NCBI GenBank assembly: GCA_020160975.1
Contig: JAIUPJ010000001.1
Location: 570,001-602,000, forward strand
From: Candidatus Saccharimonadota bacterium
GTDB taxonomy: Bacteria > Patescibacteriota > Saccharimonadia > Saccharimonadales > Saccharimonadaceae
DNA: 32,000 bases
Direction of reading: 5' to 3'
The notes under the pieces were generated by a model. That model was not told the DNA's origin, made no database searches, and worked only from the letters and a program-made list of their open reading frames with translations. The translations under genes were made by a program, and so were the position numbers. This document shows, one piece after another, positions 23,521 to 32,000 of this stretch (positions are counted from its first letter, which is position 1; each line of letters starts with the position of its first letter).

Positions 23521-24810
23521 ATGAGGAATTTTTATCGACTGCTGATCAATACGATGATTGCGGGAATCACGACAAGTTTTTTGTGGTTTGCCGTAACTTT
23601 TTGGGTGTACTTGGAAACAAAAAATGTCATGGCAACCGCAATTTTGGGCGGTACGTATATGTTGATGATGGCGGTAACGGGAGTGTTCTTTGGAACACTC
23701 GTCGATCGCCACAAGAAAAAGCGCATCATGGAAGTAGCATCGTCAATTACGGCAGTGATGTTTGGACTCGCGGGGGTGATATATCTGCTGGTCGACAAGG
23801 CGCAGCTTTTGACAATTGGCGGGCCGTTGTTTTGGTTGTTCGCTGTCGTAATTTTGACAGGTTGTATAGTGGAGAATATTCGCAACATCGCGCTTGGAAC
23901 CTGTGTGACGATCATGGTGCCAGAAGATAAACGAGCCAATGCTAACGGCATGGTAGGTATGGTGCAGGGACTTGGATTTATGGTAACGTCAATCTTTAGT
24001 GGTCTCGCGATCGGGTATCTTGGAATGGGCTGGACGATGCTGATTGCGATTGTGTTGACAGTGCTATCATTGATCGATCTGATGTTTGTGCGCATAAATG
24101 AAGATCATGTCGAGCACGACCCAGCTCTGACTAAGCTAGTTGATTTCAAGGGTGCATGGCTGGCAATTCGTGAGATTCCTGGACTGTTGGCGCTGATTTT
24201 GTTTGCGACATTTAACAACCTTGTGGGTGGCGTGTATATGGCGCTACTCGACCCGTATGGATTGAGTTTGATGCCGGTGCAGTCATGGGGGTTTGTGTTT
24301 GCAATTTCGAGTATCGGGTTCATGATAGGCGGGGGAATTGTTGCAAAAAAAGGTCTTGGCAAACGCCCGCTTCGTACGCTGTTGCTGGCAAATATTTTGA
24401 TTGGGGTGTTTGGCGCGGTATTCACGATACGTGAGTCGATCCCGCTACTCGTTATCGGAATGATTATTTATATGAGCTTCGTACCGATTGCAGAGGCAGC
24501 CGAGCAGACGACCCTGCAAAAGATTGTGCCACTAAAAAAGCAGGGACGAGTATTTGGCTTTGGACAAAGTGTCGAAGCAGCAGCAGCCCCAATTAGTGCC
24601 TATATGATTGGGCCGATTGCGCAGTTTGGGCTGATACCGTACATGAACACTACCGCAGGGCAACAGGCATGGGGATGGTTAGTGGGTCCGGGGCATTCTC
24701 GCGGAATTGCAATGGTGTTTTTGGCAAGCGGCGTGATAATGATGGTGATTGCGGCGGGAGCTTTTTTGACACGGTCATATCGACAGCTGAATGCTGCATA
24801 TGAGAAGTAA
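23521..24810 (+). CDS. MFS transporter
   Basis: 429 aa with about 12 TM helices and a loop motif DRHKKKRIM between TM2 and TM3. The ATG lies 6 nt after TGATACAAT. Confidence 0.85.
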   Translation: MRNFYRLLINTMIAGITTSFLWFAVTFWVYLETKNVMATAILGGTYMLMMAVTGVFFGTLVDRHKKKRIMEVASSITAVMFGLAGVIYLLVDKAQLLTIGGPLFWLFAVVILTGCIVENIRNIALGTCVTIMVPEDKRANANGMVGMVQGLGFMVTSIFSGLAIGYLGMGWTMLIAIVLTVLSLIDLMFVRINEDHVEHDPALTKLVDFKGAWLAIREIPGLLALILFATFNNLVGGVYMALLDPYGLSLMPVQSWGFVFAISSIGFMIGGGIVAKKGLGKRPLRTLLLANILIGVFGAVFTIRESIPLLVIGMIIYMSFVPIAEAAEQTTLQKIVPLKKQGRVFGFGQSVEAAAAPISAYMIGPIAQFGLIPYMNTTAGQQAWGWLVGPGHSRGIAMVFLASGVIMMVIAAGAFLTRSYRQLNAAYEK

Positions 24811-24903
24811 GGAGCGGTGATAGACGTACAATCAACGAATATCAAAGCGTCGAAATAGGCAGTGGAATCACCTGGGAGGGGTGGCTCGTGCTCATCTAAG
24901 CGC

Positions 24904-25530
24904 ATGCATCGCGTACTGCCCGCGCTGCTGCAGGCAATGGGTGTCGTCGATGCGGTGACCGCCATGTCAGTGGTGCAGCCGATTCTGGCGGTAGTTGCAG
25001 CGGGTATGACGAAACTGCTGCTCGGCGGGGCGCGTGATCGCTTGCGACACAAAGTCGATACCAGTTTGATGATTGGATCGGTGCTCGCAGTGTGGTTCGT
25101 GGCGTACTTTGCATCGGGCATGTTCGTAACGTATGTACACAATGCAGTGGCCATGAGCTGGCAGGCTATCCTCATTAACATTCTGACCTATGGGGTGGCT
25201 GCGGCAGCAATCGAGTATGTGCGCTATGGCATTATGATGGTTGGTGGTCGGCGGAATATTGTTTGGCTTGGAGTTGTTGTCAGTCTTGTCGTGGGCGTAC
25301 AGCAACTGAGTCTCGTTCATTTGACCGATGTCCATGGGGGCATCGATATAATAAAACTTGCAATCTCTGACGTGTTACCAGTGGTCGTGACCAGTCTGCT
25401 GCTAACCTATCTTGCAGTTACGGCCGGGCTCGGCCCGCAGCTTACGTTTCGTCTCGGCGTTGTAGCAGCGATCTACCTCCCCCCATTATTCCAAAGTACG
25501 ACTGGTACTTGGCTGGTATGGTGTGGTTAA
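24904..25530 (+). CDS. polytopic membrane protein (about 6 TM), unknown function
   Basis: The ORF track starts at the GTG at 24862. The ATG at 24904 (MHRVLPALLQ...) is an alternative. The protein is hydrophobic throughout, and its stop TAA overlaps a possible ATG of the signal peptidase gene (TAATG). Confidence 0.65.
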   Translation: MHRVLPALLQAMGVVDAVTAMSVVQPILAVVAAGMTKLLLGGARDRLRHKVDTSLMIGSVLAVWFVAYFASGMFVTYVHNAVAMSWQAILINILTYGVAAAAIEYVRYGIMMVGGRRNIVWLGVVVSLVVGVQQLSLVHLTDVHGGIDIIKLAISDVLPVVVTSLLLTYLAVTAGLGPQLTFRLGVVAAIYLPPLFQSTTGTWLVWCG

Positions 25531-26009
25531 TGTTGGCGGTCGCCGTGTATGTGGTGCTCGATCGAAATCGCGACGGTGTCGTATCAAAGCGCCGTCCTCG
25601 CGGCAGACATCCACGTCGAGCTGCGGATATCATGTTTTTGATCATGACCGTGATGCTGGTGCTATTTATGACCGGCGCGTTCTCGTATCGACCACGTGTG
25701 ATTATGAGTAATAGCATGCATCCGGTATTTAGTCGTGGATCGATGGTGATTGTGCAAAACGCTACTGCCGTAGACGTACACGAGGGTGATATCATACAAT
25801 ATGAAGCACATGGACGATCGGTCACACACCGCGTGATCGCCATCGATACTGCTGCCGATGGATCAGGCCGAAGGATATTTATCACAAAAGGCGACAACAG
25901 CCCGAGTGTGGATATGCCAGTACAGGAACAGCAGATTACGGGAATTATTCGTGCACAAGTGCCGTATGTTGGATACCCAACAGTCTGGCTCAATGAAACA
26001 GTCAAATAA
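25518..26009 (+). CDS. signal peptidase I, SipW/archaeal-eukaryotic (S26B) type
   Basis: It has an N-terminal TM region, then the catalytic-Ser box MSNSMHPVFSRGSMVIV, HRVI and ITKGDNS boxes. Start candidates are TTG 25509, ATG 25518 and ATG 25530. Confidence 0.85.
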   Translation: MVWLMLAVAVYVVLDRNRDGVVSKRRPRGRHPRRAADIMFLIMTVMLVLFMTGAFSYRPRVIMSNSMHPVFSRGSMVIVQNATAVDVHEGDIIQYEAHGRSVTHRVIAIDTAADGSGRRIFITKGDNSPSVDMPVQEQQITGIIRAQVPYVGYPTVWLNETVK

Positions 26010-26023
26010 CCTAGGGGGGCAAT

Positions 26024-27202
26024 GTGAGAACAGCAAATGCAAAAGCATCGGGACGACCCTGGTGGTTTGTGATGCTTGGCGTTCTGCTGCTGGTAGCGAT
26101 GGGCGGATTGTTATTTGATGCGCATCAACGAAGTGCAAGTGAAACTGCCAATCTGCCCTCGACCTATGAGTACCGAATTGATCAGACGGTCGATGCTCAG
26201 ACGAATTATTTTAAGAGCAGCTTCTATGAGGACGGCCCTGGCCCGACCAATACGGCATATGTTGCCGACTTGACGGATACAGTAACCACAAAACTACGCT
26301 ATCACTTCAAAGCAACCAAGCCAACAGAACTAACAACCATGCACAGCGTGACGGCGGTCGTCAAAGAAAAGTTCAGTGCCGGAGCGGACGGTAAAGATAT
26401 TTCGAATGTTTGGTCAAAGGAGTACCCACTCTTAAAGCCAGTCATGCAAACCACGACAAGCACTGACGTTTCATTTGAGCCAGCAGTAGAGGTGCCGTTT
26501 GCAGAGTATCGCAAAATTGTTGAGCAGATCCGCACCTCGCTGGCACTCCCTGCCACATCAGAAGTAGTCGTGACATTTACCGTGCGAGTAGCTGGGACGG
26601 TCGACAATACGCCGTTTGACGACATTCGGGTCTCTACGGTCACGATGCCGCTCGACCAGCCAATCTACAAGTTTGCAACAAAGTTTGAAAAAGAGGCTAC
26701 CAAGCAAGTTGTGGCGCAATCAGCCAAAAACAGCCGGGCATCGATGGCACTGTACGAGCGTATTGCGGCGGCGGTTGCCGGGGTGCTAGCAGCCTGTGCA
26801 ATCGGTTTTGGTATGCGTAAGCAAATGTTTAAGTCACCGTACCAGCGGGAGCTCGATAAAATTTATCGATATCACAACGGGCTGATTATCAAGGCCGGCC
26901 CGCAGACTGACCTGACGCACAAGACGACGGTACCGGTAGAATCGTTTGACGACATCTTGAATCTTGAAGAGGAGCTGAAGTCGCCGATTGTGGCCAGTCC
27001 AGCGGGTGGGAGCGCCACGAGATTTATGATTATTCATGGCGATATTGTCTATGTATATATTCTTGGAAAGATTGAGAAAAGTGAGGCCACTACTGGTCGC
27101 TCGCTCGAAGAAATTGAAGCGTTTATCGAGGGGAGCAAGGCGGCTGGTACGGCCAAGAAAATCGAAGTTAAATCACCCGGTCATCGGACGCATCGGTCGT
27201 AG
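26024..27202 (+). CDS. DUF5305-like bitopic membrane protein (SipW-associated family)
   Basis: 392 aa with a GTG start after a G-rich SD. It has an N-terminal TM, a large extracytoplasmic domain, a second TM (IAAAVAGVLAACAIGFG) and a cytoplasmic tail ...YRYHNGLIIKAG...VESFDDILNLEEELKSPIV...FMIIHGDIVYVYIL. This is the layout I associate with DUF5305. Confidence 0.65.
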   Translation: MRTANAKASGRPWWFVMLGVLLLVAMGGLLFDAHQRSASETANLPSTYEYRIDQTVDAQTNYFKSSFYEDGPGPTNTAYVADLTDTVTTKLRYHFKATKPTELTTMHSVTAVVKEKFSAGADGKDISNVWSKEYPLLKPVMQTTTSTDVSFEPAVEVPFAEYRKIVEQIRTSLALPATSEVVVTFTVRVAGTVDNTPFDDIRVSTVTMPLDQPIYKFATKFEKEATKQVVAQSAKNSRASMALYERIAAAVAGVLAACAIGFGMRKQMFKSPYQRELDKIYRYHNGLIIKAGPQTDLTHKTTVPVESFDDILNLEEELKSPIVASPAGGSATRFMIIHGDIVYVYILGKIEKSEATTGRSLEEIEAFIEGSKAAGTAKKIEVKSPGHRTHRS

Positions 27203-27521
27203 GGGCGCCAGTAGCCTGAGCAGCCGGTGACGTGGCCAACGAGACTGGAACCTCCGCGGAGGAGTGACGTGCTTTGTCGCGTTCGTTCATTTCCCGTAGT
27301 ATCTTGCGCATCTCGAGGATTGCCCGTTGTGAACGCCAAGCGGTGATGGCGTTCATGAGATACAGGATAGTGATGAGAGTCGACACGGCCGTGAGTAGGT
27401 AGATGAAGGGCATGAGTGGTTGGAGAATAGCGTTGATATCAAACAAGCCGCCACTCGAATTACTGCCTGAATTGGTGTTGCCGAGGAGGTCATTGATTTG
27501 TTGCAGAGTTGCGGGATCCAT
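27168..27521 (-). CDS. small single-pass membrane protein
   Basis: 117-aa ORF with a central TM (MPFIYLLTAVSTLITILYLMNAI). Its 3' end overlaps the convergent gene by 35 nt. Confidence 0.5.
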   Translation of the reverse strand: MDPATLQQINDLLGNTNSGSNSSGGLFDINAILQPLMPFIYLLTAVSTLITILYLMNAITAWRSQRAILEMRKILREMNERDKARHSSAEVPVSLATSPAAQATGAPTTDASDDRVI

Positions 27522-27605
27522 ATCAGCTAGTATACCGCTCTGGCGTTGCGGTGGCCATACCCCTTATGCTATGATGAAACGAGATTAAGTGAGAAGGAAT
27601 AATAG

Positions 27606-28163
27606 ATGGATTCATTTTCGGGTCGATCAAATCGATCGGTACCACAGCGTGAATATATAGACAGAGAGCAGCGGCGTGCGCCGGCACCTTTGCGTGAGGT
27701 CGAAGAAGCCCCAGTAGAGCGGCCCGCTGAACGACGAGTGTCGACTGCAGCGAAGACCAAAGCGCCTCGTTTTAATAAGTGGACACTAATAGTTGCAAGT
27801 CTGCTGGTCGCATCAATTGCAGGGTGGTTAGTTTGGAGTTTTCTGAGGCCAAGTGCGGGCTTGCCAGGAGTGAAAGCTGATGCGTATCAGGCAGTCTGGC
27901 TTTCCGATAAGTCGCTATATTTTGGAAAGTTGAGTGTGGCTAGTGATGAGTATTATCGTATGACGAACGTTTACTATTCACAAGTCACTGCTGGTAATGA
28001 GAAAAACGCAGAGCAAAATGTGCAGCTCGTCAAACTTGGCAACGAGTTGCCGTACGCTGAGGATGAGATTATTATCTCGAAGAAACAAGTGCTGTTCTAT
28101 GAGAACCTCAAGTCTGATAGCAAAGTGACACAAGCAATCGACGATTATTCAAGGAAGAAATAG
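27606..28163 (+). CDS. N-terminally anchored conserved hypothetical protein
   Basis: 185 aa. TGCTATGAT and GAAGGA lie upstream. It has a basic cytoplasmic N-terminus, a TM helix and an ectodomain YQAVWLSDKSLYFGKLS...VQLVKLGNELPYAEDEIIISKKQVLFYENLK. Confidence 0.7.
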   Translation: MDSFSGRSNRSVPQREYIDREQRRAPAPLREVEEAPVERPAERRVSTAAKTKAPRFNKWTLIVASLLVASIAGWLVWSFLRPSAGLPGVKADAYQAVWLSDKSLYFGKLSVASDEYYRMTNVYYSQVTAGNEKNAEQNVQLVKLGNELPYAEDEIIISKKQVLFYENLKSDSKVTQAIDDYSRKK

Positions 28164-28164
28164 T

Positions 28165-28695
28165 ATGCTACGAGAGCTCAAAGGCGGCGCCATGCACCAT
28201 CAAGCTCGACAGCGTAAACTCCGTCGTCGATTTGTGCGAGGGCTCATCATCGTATGTGTGTTGATCGTAAGTCTCGGCATTGTCGGAGGACTGATCTATA
28301 CTTGGATGATGGGCAAGCGAAATCCAGTCACGAGCTCGACCGTTTCAGTTGCACCGAAAAAAGCTCAAACTACCGCGCCGAAGCATGACGAAAACGCACC
28401 AGTCGGTGTGGCAATTGAAGCCATGTCGCCGCCCATGAAGGCAGGGGCCAATGCATCGATATCGGTTAAAACCAAGCCGAAATCTGCGTGCAGCATCACC
28501 GTGACGTATAAGGACGGTCAGAAAAGCACGGATGCTGGGCTGGTGCCGAAAAATGCCGATGAATTCGGTGTAGTGATGTGGACATGGACTGTAGAAGTCG
28601 GACGGCCCGTTGGCTCGTGGCCAGTTGAAGTCACTTGTGCTTATAAAGATAAATCAGGATACGGCAAAGAAGCGCTCGTCATTATACCAGCCTAG
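28165..28695 (+). CDS. N-terminally anchored hypothetical protein
   Basis: 176 aa, starting 1 nt after the upstream stop. It has a basic N-terminus, a TM helix (LIIVCVLIVSLGIVGGLIY) and a beta-rich ectodomain. Confidence 0.7.
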   Translation: MLRELKGGAMHHQARQRKLRRRFVRGLIIVCVLIVSLGIVGGLIYTWMMGKRNPVTSSTVSVAPKKAQTTAPKHDENAPVGVAIEAMSPPMKAGANASISVKTKPKSACSITVTYKDGQKSTDAGLVPKNADEFGVVMWTWTVEVGRPVGSWPVEVTCAYKDKSGYGKEALVIIPA

Positions 28696-29339
28696 TTGAG
28701 GTCGGCAAGATAGCGGGTCCAGCTGTCGTCGCTGTGTTTAACGGTCGACTTGATCAGGATGAGCAATCCATTTTTGGTTGCAATAACCGATTGGGGCCCT
28801 TTGGCGGAAGTCCCGACAAAAGCCAGGCCGCCCGAAAACGGTAGGCGTTCGGTAGCGTTGTATTCTTTTGCAAGTTCGGTAAGCTGTTCGTCCGTGGCGC
28901 CAGAAAAGCTTTGAGGTAAGGGCTGCTGACTGACGATGATTGGTGTGTTATCAAGCGTGTCCTTGAAGGCGAATACTGGATCGCTTGTTTCTGGGCTGAC
29001 ACGGGTCCATCCGCCTAATGATTCGATTGACTTACTTTTTGGAAGAAGCGTTGCAAATTTTGGGGTGGTGTCGGTGTTCTTTTTTGGTGTCTTGCTCGAT
29101 TGAGACGAAGTGGGTGCGGTGACTTTTGCTGGCTGCGCGGTTGGCGCAGGCCGGTTCAGCCACCACCACCCGAGCGCCATGAGACATGCAGCAAAAATGA
29201 CGACGAGATGTCGATGGTCATTACACCAATCAATCACTCGAGTGTGTACTCGAGGTGTTTTTTGACCAGCAGGAACAAGATCATCATATGAACGAATTGT
29301 TGTTGATGAGGAGTGTCGACTGGCAAACGGTTTATTCAT
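28692..29339 (-). CDS. N-terminally anchored hypothetical protein
   Basis: 215 aa, starting 11 nt downstream of the Kelch-repeat gene's stop. It has a TM helix (LVVIFAACLMALGWWWL), a P/T/S linker and an ectodomain GWTRVSP...IIVSQQPLP... Confidence 0.7.
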   Translation of the reverse strand: MNKPFASRHSSSTTIRSYDDLVPAGQKTPRVHTRVIDWCNDHRHLVVIFAACLMALGWWWLNRPAPTAQPAKVTAPTSSQSSKTPKKNTDTTPKFATLLPKSKSIESLGGWTRVSPETSDPVFAFKDTLDNTPIIVSQQPLPQSFSGATDEQLTELAKEYNATERLPFSGGLAFVGTSAKGPQSVIATKNGLLILIKSTVKHSDDSWTRYLADLN

Positions 29340-29350
29340 GAAAGTATATC

Positions 29351-32000
29351 CTATCTCGTATAGTACGGTGTATCATCTGGCATCTGCAAGCCCCCGGTAA
29401 ACGTTCGACCGTGCATGAGTCGTTTGCCAGGATCGGCGGTGAACTGAAAGGTGAGATCGGTGATGGTCGGTCCACGGGACACATCATCGGGATAACCAAA
29501 GGCCTGCGAGCTGTCGACAGTGACATTGAAAAAGAAGTAGCGTCCGCAGCTGATATTGGCACCACTGCCGTCTTTGACGATGTATGCTCCAGGTGTGCCC
29601 AGGGTGACATTACCAAAGCTGGTCTCTTGTCCCCATGTTGTCATGGTGGCACATTTGTTTGCGGTTTGCTGGTTAGCCATACTGCGGTATTTTAGTTGCC
29701 AACGAGCGCCAATGGAATTATCGACACCATTCATCAACCATGAGTTCGGGAACACATCACTGTCCGTGTCCATCATGAGTGAATATTTTGCGATTTGTGG
29801 CTGGGAGAGAACTGTTGTTTGCTGCGTGGCTGGCGTAGCATAGGTAAGTGTTGCACCACAGCCTCCACCAGTCACATAAATTTTGCCTTCGTGATACACC
29901 GCTCCGGCACCATAGCGAGCGCCTGTGTAGCGTTGGTTAGTTTCATACCATTCGCCGACACCGGTAGGGTTGTTACCGGTTGCGATAGTGGTGTTTGCAC
30001 TGACGGGAGCAACCAGCGTGGATGGATCGCAGGTCGTTGCATTGGTGCGTCCTCCAATGAGGTAGATATACCCATTTGCCGCCACCGCTTCAGCCTGGGT
30101 GTGGCTTGCGGGCAGGCCTGAAGTGAATGTCCATGTGCCTGCCGTGCCATTGGTGGCATTGATTTGAGAATACTGTACGTCGCTCAGGTAGTTTGTACCG
30201 TCAAACCCACCAAAGAGATAGAGGTTGTTGGCATAAGCGACCGCAGCGGTACCACTGCGGGCTGCAGTAAATGGTGTACTGGCTGTCGACCAGGCAGTCG
30301 CAATATTGCCACCATTACTTAACTGAGGGCTGACATAGACGGTATTGCAGACGTTGCTCGCTGTACAGCCAGCACCTGTGCCGCTACCGCCAATCACGTA
30401 GAGACGATCGTTCCACACGGCAGCACCGAAGTTGGTTCGAGCAGCGGGTAGACCGTTTGTCGCCGTTGCCCAGGAGGTGATATTGCCAGCTGTAGGTGTG
30501 GCATAGTAGACTTCGGTGCGTCGATCTGTCGCAGTGCTGCTTTGACCGCCAATGTAGTAGAGTGACCCACCTGCAGCACGAAGCTTGCCCCACGTGCGAA
30601 CGGCGGGAAGCGGAGCGGTCGTGTTGCTCCATGCTCCTACGGCACCGTTGCTATCGATAGTGGCGTATGAAACTGTGTCGACAGCCGTGGTGCAGTCTGT
30701 CGCACTGACACATCCGCCGGCAACGTAGAGGGTGCCATTGAGGATGGTGGCACTGGCACCGATTCGGTTGGGGTTTGTGGTGTAGGTGTTGGCACTTGTT
30801 GTATAGCCAGCGGGCGCTCCACTATCGTTGTTGTATACCTGAAAGGTTTGAATGATATTGGTCGGACCCCCTGTGTTGCAGGTAGGGCTTGCGCCAATGG
30901 TACATCCGCCAATCACGTAGGCATATGAGTTTGAGACTGGTACGGTGAGACCCCAGCGTTGATTGATTTCTACGGCAGAAACATTCCAGCCATCTCCAGG
31001 CTCTCCTAGGCTGCCATCGGATACATTGATTTTGATAAACTCAATGTCAGCCAAGACGCCTGTTGCAGCCTCGTAGCCTCCCACCGCATAGAGATAGCCG
31101 TTGTAGCCAAAGGCGGCCGAACGTCGTCGTCCTACTGACATCTGATTGGGGGATTCAGTCCAAGTTGTCCCACTGACTGCAACGACATTGTTGTTGTTAT
31201 CGATTTTTGCATAGTGCACAGTTTTCTGGTCAACGAGATTTGGCGAGACACCGCCAATCAAGTACACGTAGTTGGCGTACACCGTACCACTCATGATGCC
31301 TAGGCCAGTCCCAGTGGCACCGGGAATGGTGCCGATTTGCAACTGGCCAGTGGTCGTGCAGCCAGCGATAGCTCCGCTCGCCTGGATATTGCACTTGTAG
31401 ACATTCTGGCTGTAGTTTGTGCACCCTGCAGCATCAGTCACTGAGCATCCGCCAAATACAAACAGGTTACCAGGGTTATTCGTCGCATCGGCTGGGTTTG
31501 GTCGCGCATAGGCGAACAGGTATGAGACGGAGTTCATGCCAAGGCCTGTCATGCTCTGAGTTGTCCACGGGCCGATACTACCATTTGAGTTGAGTGTGGT
31601 ACGAAGCAGAGTATTGGTGTTTCCGGCACCATCAAGTCCGCCAACGAGATAGAGCCGGCCACCAAACACGACTGGGCTTGAAGCGCCAATGCCGCCTGTA
31701 ATAGTGTTGGTGGTATCAACACACCAAATATTTCCTCGCAGCGTGTTTGGTGCTGTGCAGGTCGGCGCTGTCATGGTTCCTGTGGAAGAGATTGCTGTGT
31801 AGGCGACATTGCTTGACATGGCGGTACAAGCTTCACTGGTACACCCACCTATGATGTAGAGATAGCCATTGGTAATAATAGCGGCGTTGAGTATATTGCC
31901 GACAAAAGTAGTCCCAGGCATATTACAGCTTGTGGGCGTCCCGCCACTACAAGGTGCGGTGCCGGCTGGGACGGTTGTTCCTACAGTTGAAGCATCACCA
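29351..32000 (-). CDS. very large Kelch/beta-propeller-repeat surface protein (partial; N-terminus outside window)
   Basis: The frame stays open through 31922-32000 (…GDASTVGTTVPAGTAPCSGGTPTSCNMPGTT…), so the ATG at 31921 is internal. At least 12 repeats of about 50-60 aa carry the signature (L/I)Y(V/L/A)(I/V/F)GG, often followed by a Cys pair (GGCTSEAC, GGCSVTDAAGC, GGCTIGASPTC, GGCVSATDC). A non-repeat C-terminal domain of about 170 aa follows. Confidence 0.85.
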   Translation of the reverse strand, partial: GDASTVGTTVPAGTAPCSGGTPTSCNMPGTTFVGNILNAAIITNGYLYIIGGCTSEACTAMSSNVAYTAISSTGTMTAPTCTAPNTLRGNIWCVDTTNTITGGIGASSPVVFGGRLYLVGGLDGAGNTNTLLRTTLNSNGSIGPWTTQSMTGLGMNSVSYLFAYARPNPADATNNPGNLFVFGGCSVTDAAGCTNYSQNVYKCNIQASGAIAGCTTTGQLQIGTIPGATGTGLGIMSGTVYANYVYLIGGVSPNLVDQKTVHYAKIDNNNNVVAVSGTTWTESPNQMSVGRRRSAAFGYNGYLYAVGGYEAATGVLADIEFIKINVSDGSLGEPGDGWNVSAVEINQRWGLTVPVSNSYAYVIGGCTIGASPTCNTGGPTNIIQTFQVYNNDSGAPAGYTTSANTYTTNPNRIGASATILNGTLYVAGGCVSATDCTTAVDTVSYATIDSNGAVGAWSNTTAPLPAVRTWGKLRAAGGSLYYIGGQSSTATDRRTEVYYATPTAGNITSWATATNGLPAARTNFGAAVWNDRLYVIGGSGTGAGCTASNVCNTVYVSPQLSNGGNIATAWSTASTPFTAARSGTAAVAYANNLYLFGGFDGTNYLSDVQYSQINATNGTAGTWTFTSGLPASHTQAEAVAANGYIYLIGGRTNATTCDPSTLVAPVSANTTIATGNNPTGVGEWYETNQRYTGARYGAGAVYHEGKIYVTGGGCGATLTYATPATQQTTVLSQPQIAKYSLMMDTDSDVFPNSWLMNGVDNSIGARWQLKYRSMANQQTANKCATMTTWGQETSFGNVTLGTPGAYIVKDGSGANISCGRYFFFNVTVDSSQAFGYPDDVSRGPTITDLTFQFTADPGKRLMHGRTFTGGLQMPDDTPYYTR

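Noticed and set aside
23532-25335. Long minus-strand ORFs (23532..24095, 24105..24425, 24600..25181, 24967..25335) opposite the MFS and 6-TM genes
   Set aside because: They are antisense shadows of strongly hydrophobic, well-supported + strand genes. Their translations are low-complexity, and 24600..25181 crosses an intergenic region without signals.
29411-31424. Many 60-110-aa ORFs in other frames and on the other strand inside the Kelch-repeat gene
   Set aside because: They are typical of GC-rich repetitive coding sequence. The 856+ codon minus-strand frame with regular Kelch signatures explains the region.

Overview
This 32-kb window holds about 44 protein-coding genes. I found no rRNA, tRNA or CRISPR array. 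TGA, TAG and TAA each terminate genes of normal family length, so I assume the standard bacterial code. The many small N-terminally anchored hypothetical proteins, the tight gene packing and the frequent leaderless-type starts (TGnTATAAT, 6-7 nt, ATG) suggest a small-genome Patescibacteria/Saccharibacteria-like bacterium. That taxon call is an impression only and cannot be shown from this window.

Layout:
- (1) 1-6.3 kb: an AT-richer array of single small genes (DUF2726, quinone oxidoreductase, VOC, HEAT-like, two membrane proteins, Hsp20, DUF1697 pseudogene, frameshifted membrane gene). The genes are separated by eight same-orientation copies of a conserved junction module: a box ending in GAGCCAAG, a variable hairpin with T-run, then an extended -10. 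The logic is cassette-array-like, but classical attC sites are absent.
- (2) 6.5-11 kb: anchored hypothetical proteins, a second DUF1697, a truncated SDR and a PhnB-like VOC gene.
- (3) 11.2-16.8 kb, minus strand: four translationally coupled genes (adenosylhomocysteinase-like, ACC-deaminase/D-cysteine-desulfhydrase-family PLP enzyme, a 417-aa unknown, a 280-aa protein with a possible HxD...H oxygenase motif). A divergent class II LysRS-like gene with its own promoter follows immediately.
- (4) 17-24.8 kb: MBL hydrolase, rhodanese, YdeI-like, Mpg glycosylase, lysozyme-like, DUF1801, DUF2177/DUF1295 and MFS genes.
- (5) 24.9-32 kb: an envelope block with a polytopic membrane protein, a SipW-type signal peptidase, a DUF5305-like protein, several anchored proteins and a partial Kelch-repeat protein of more than 880 aa.

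The two best candidates for something undescribed are the junction-module cassette array and the AHCY-like/PLP/unknown/oxygenase-like operon with its adjacent LysRS paralog.
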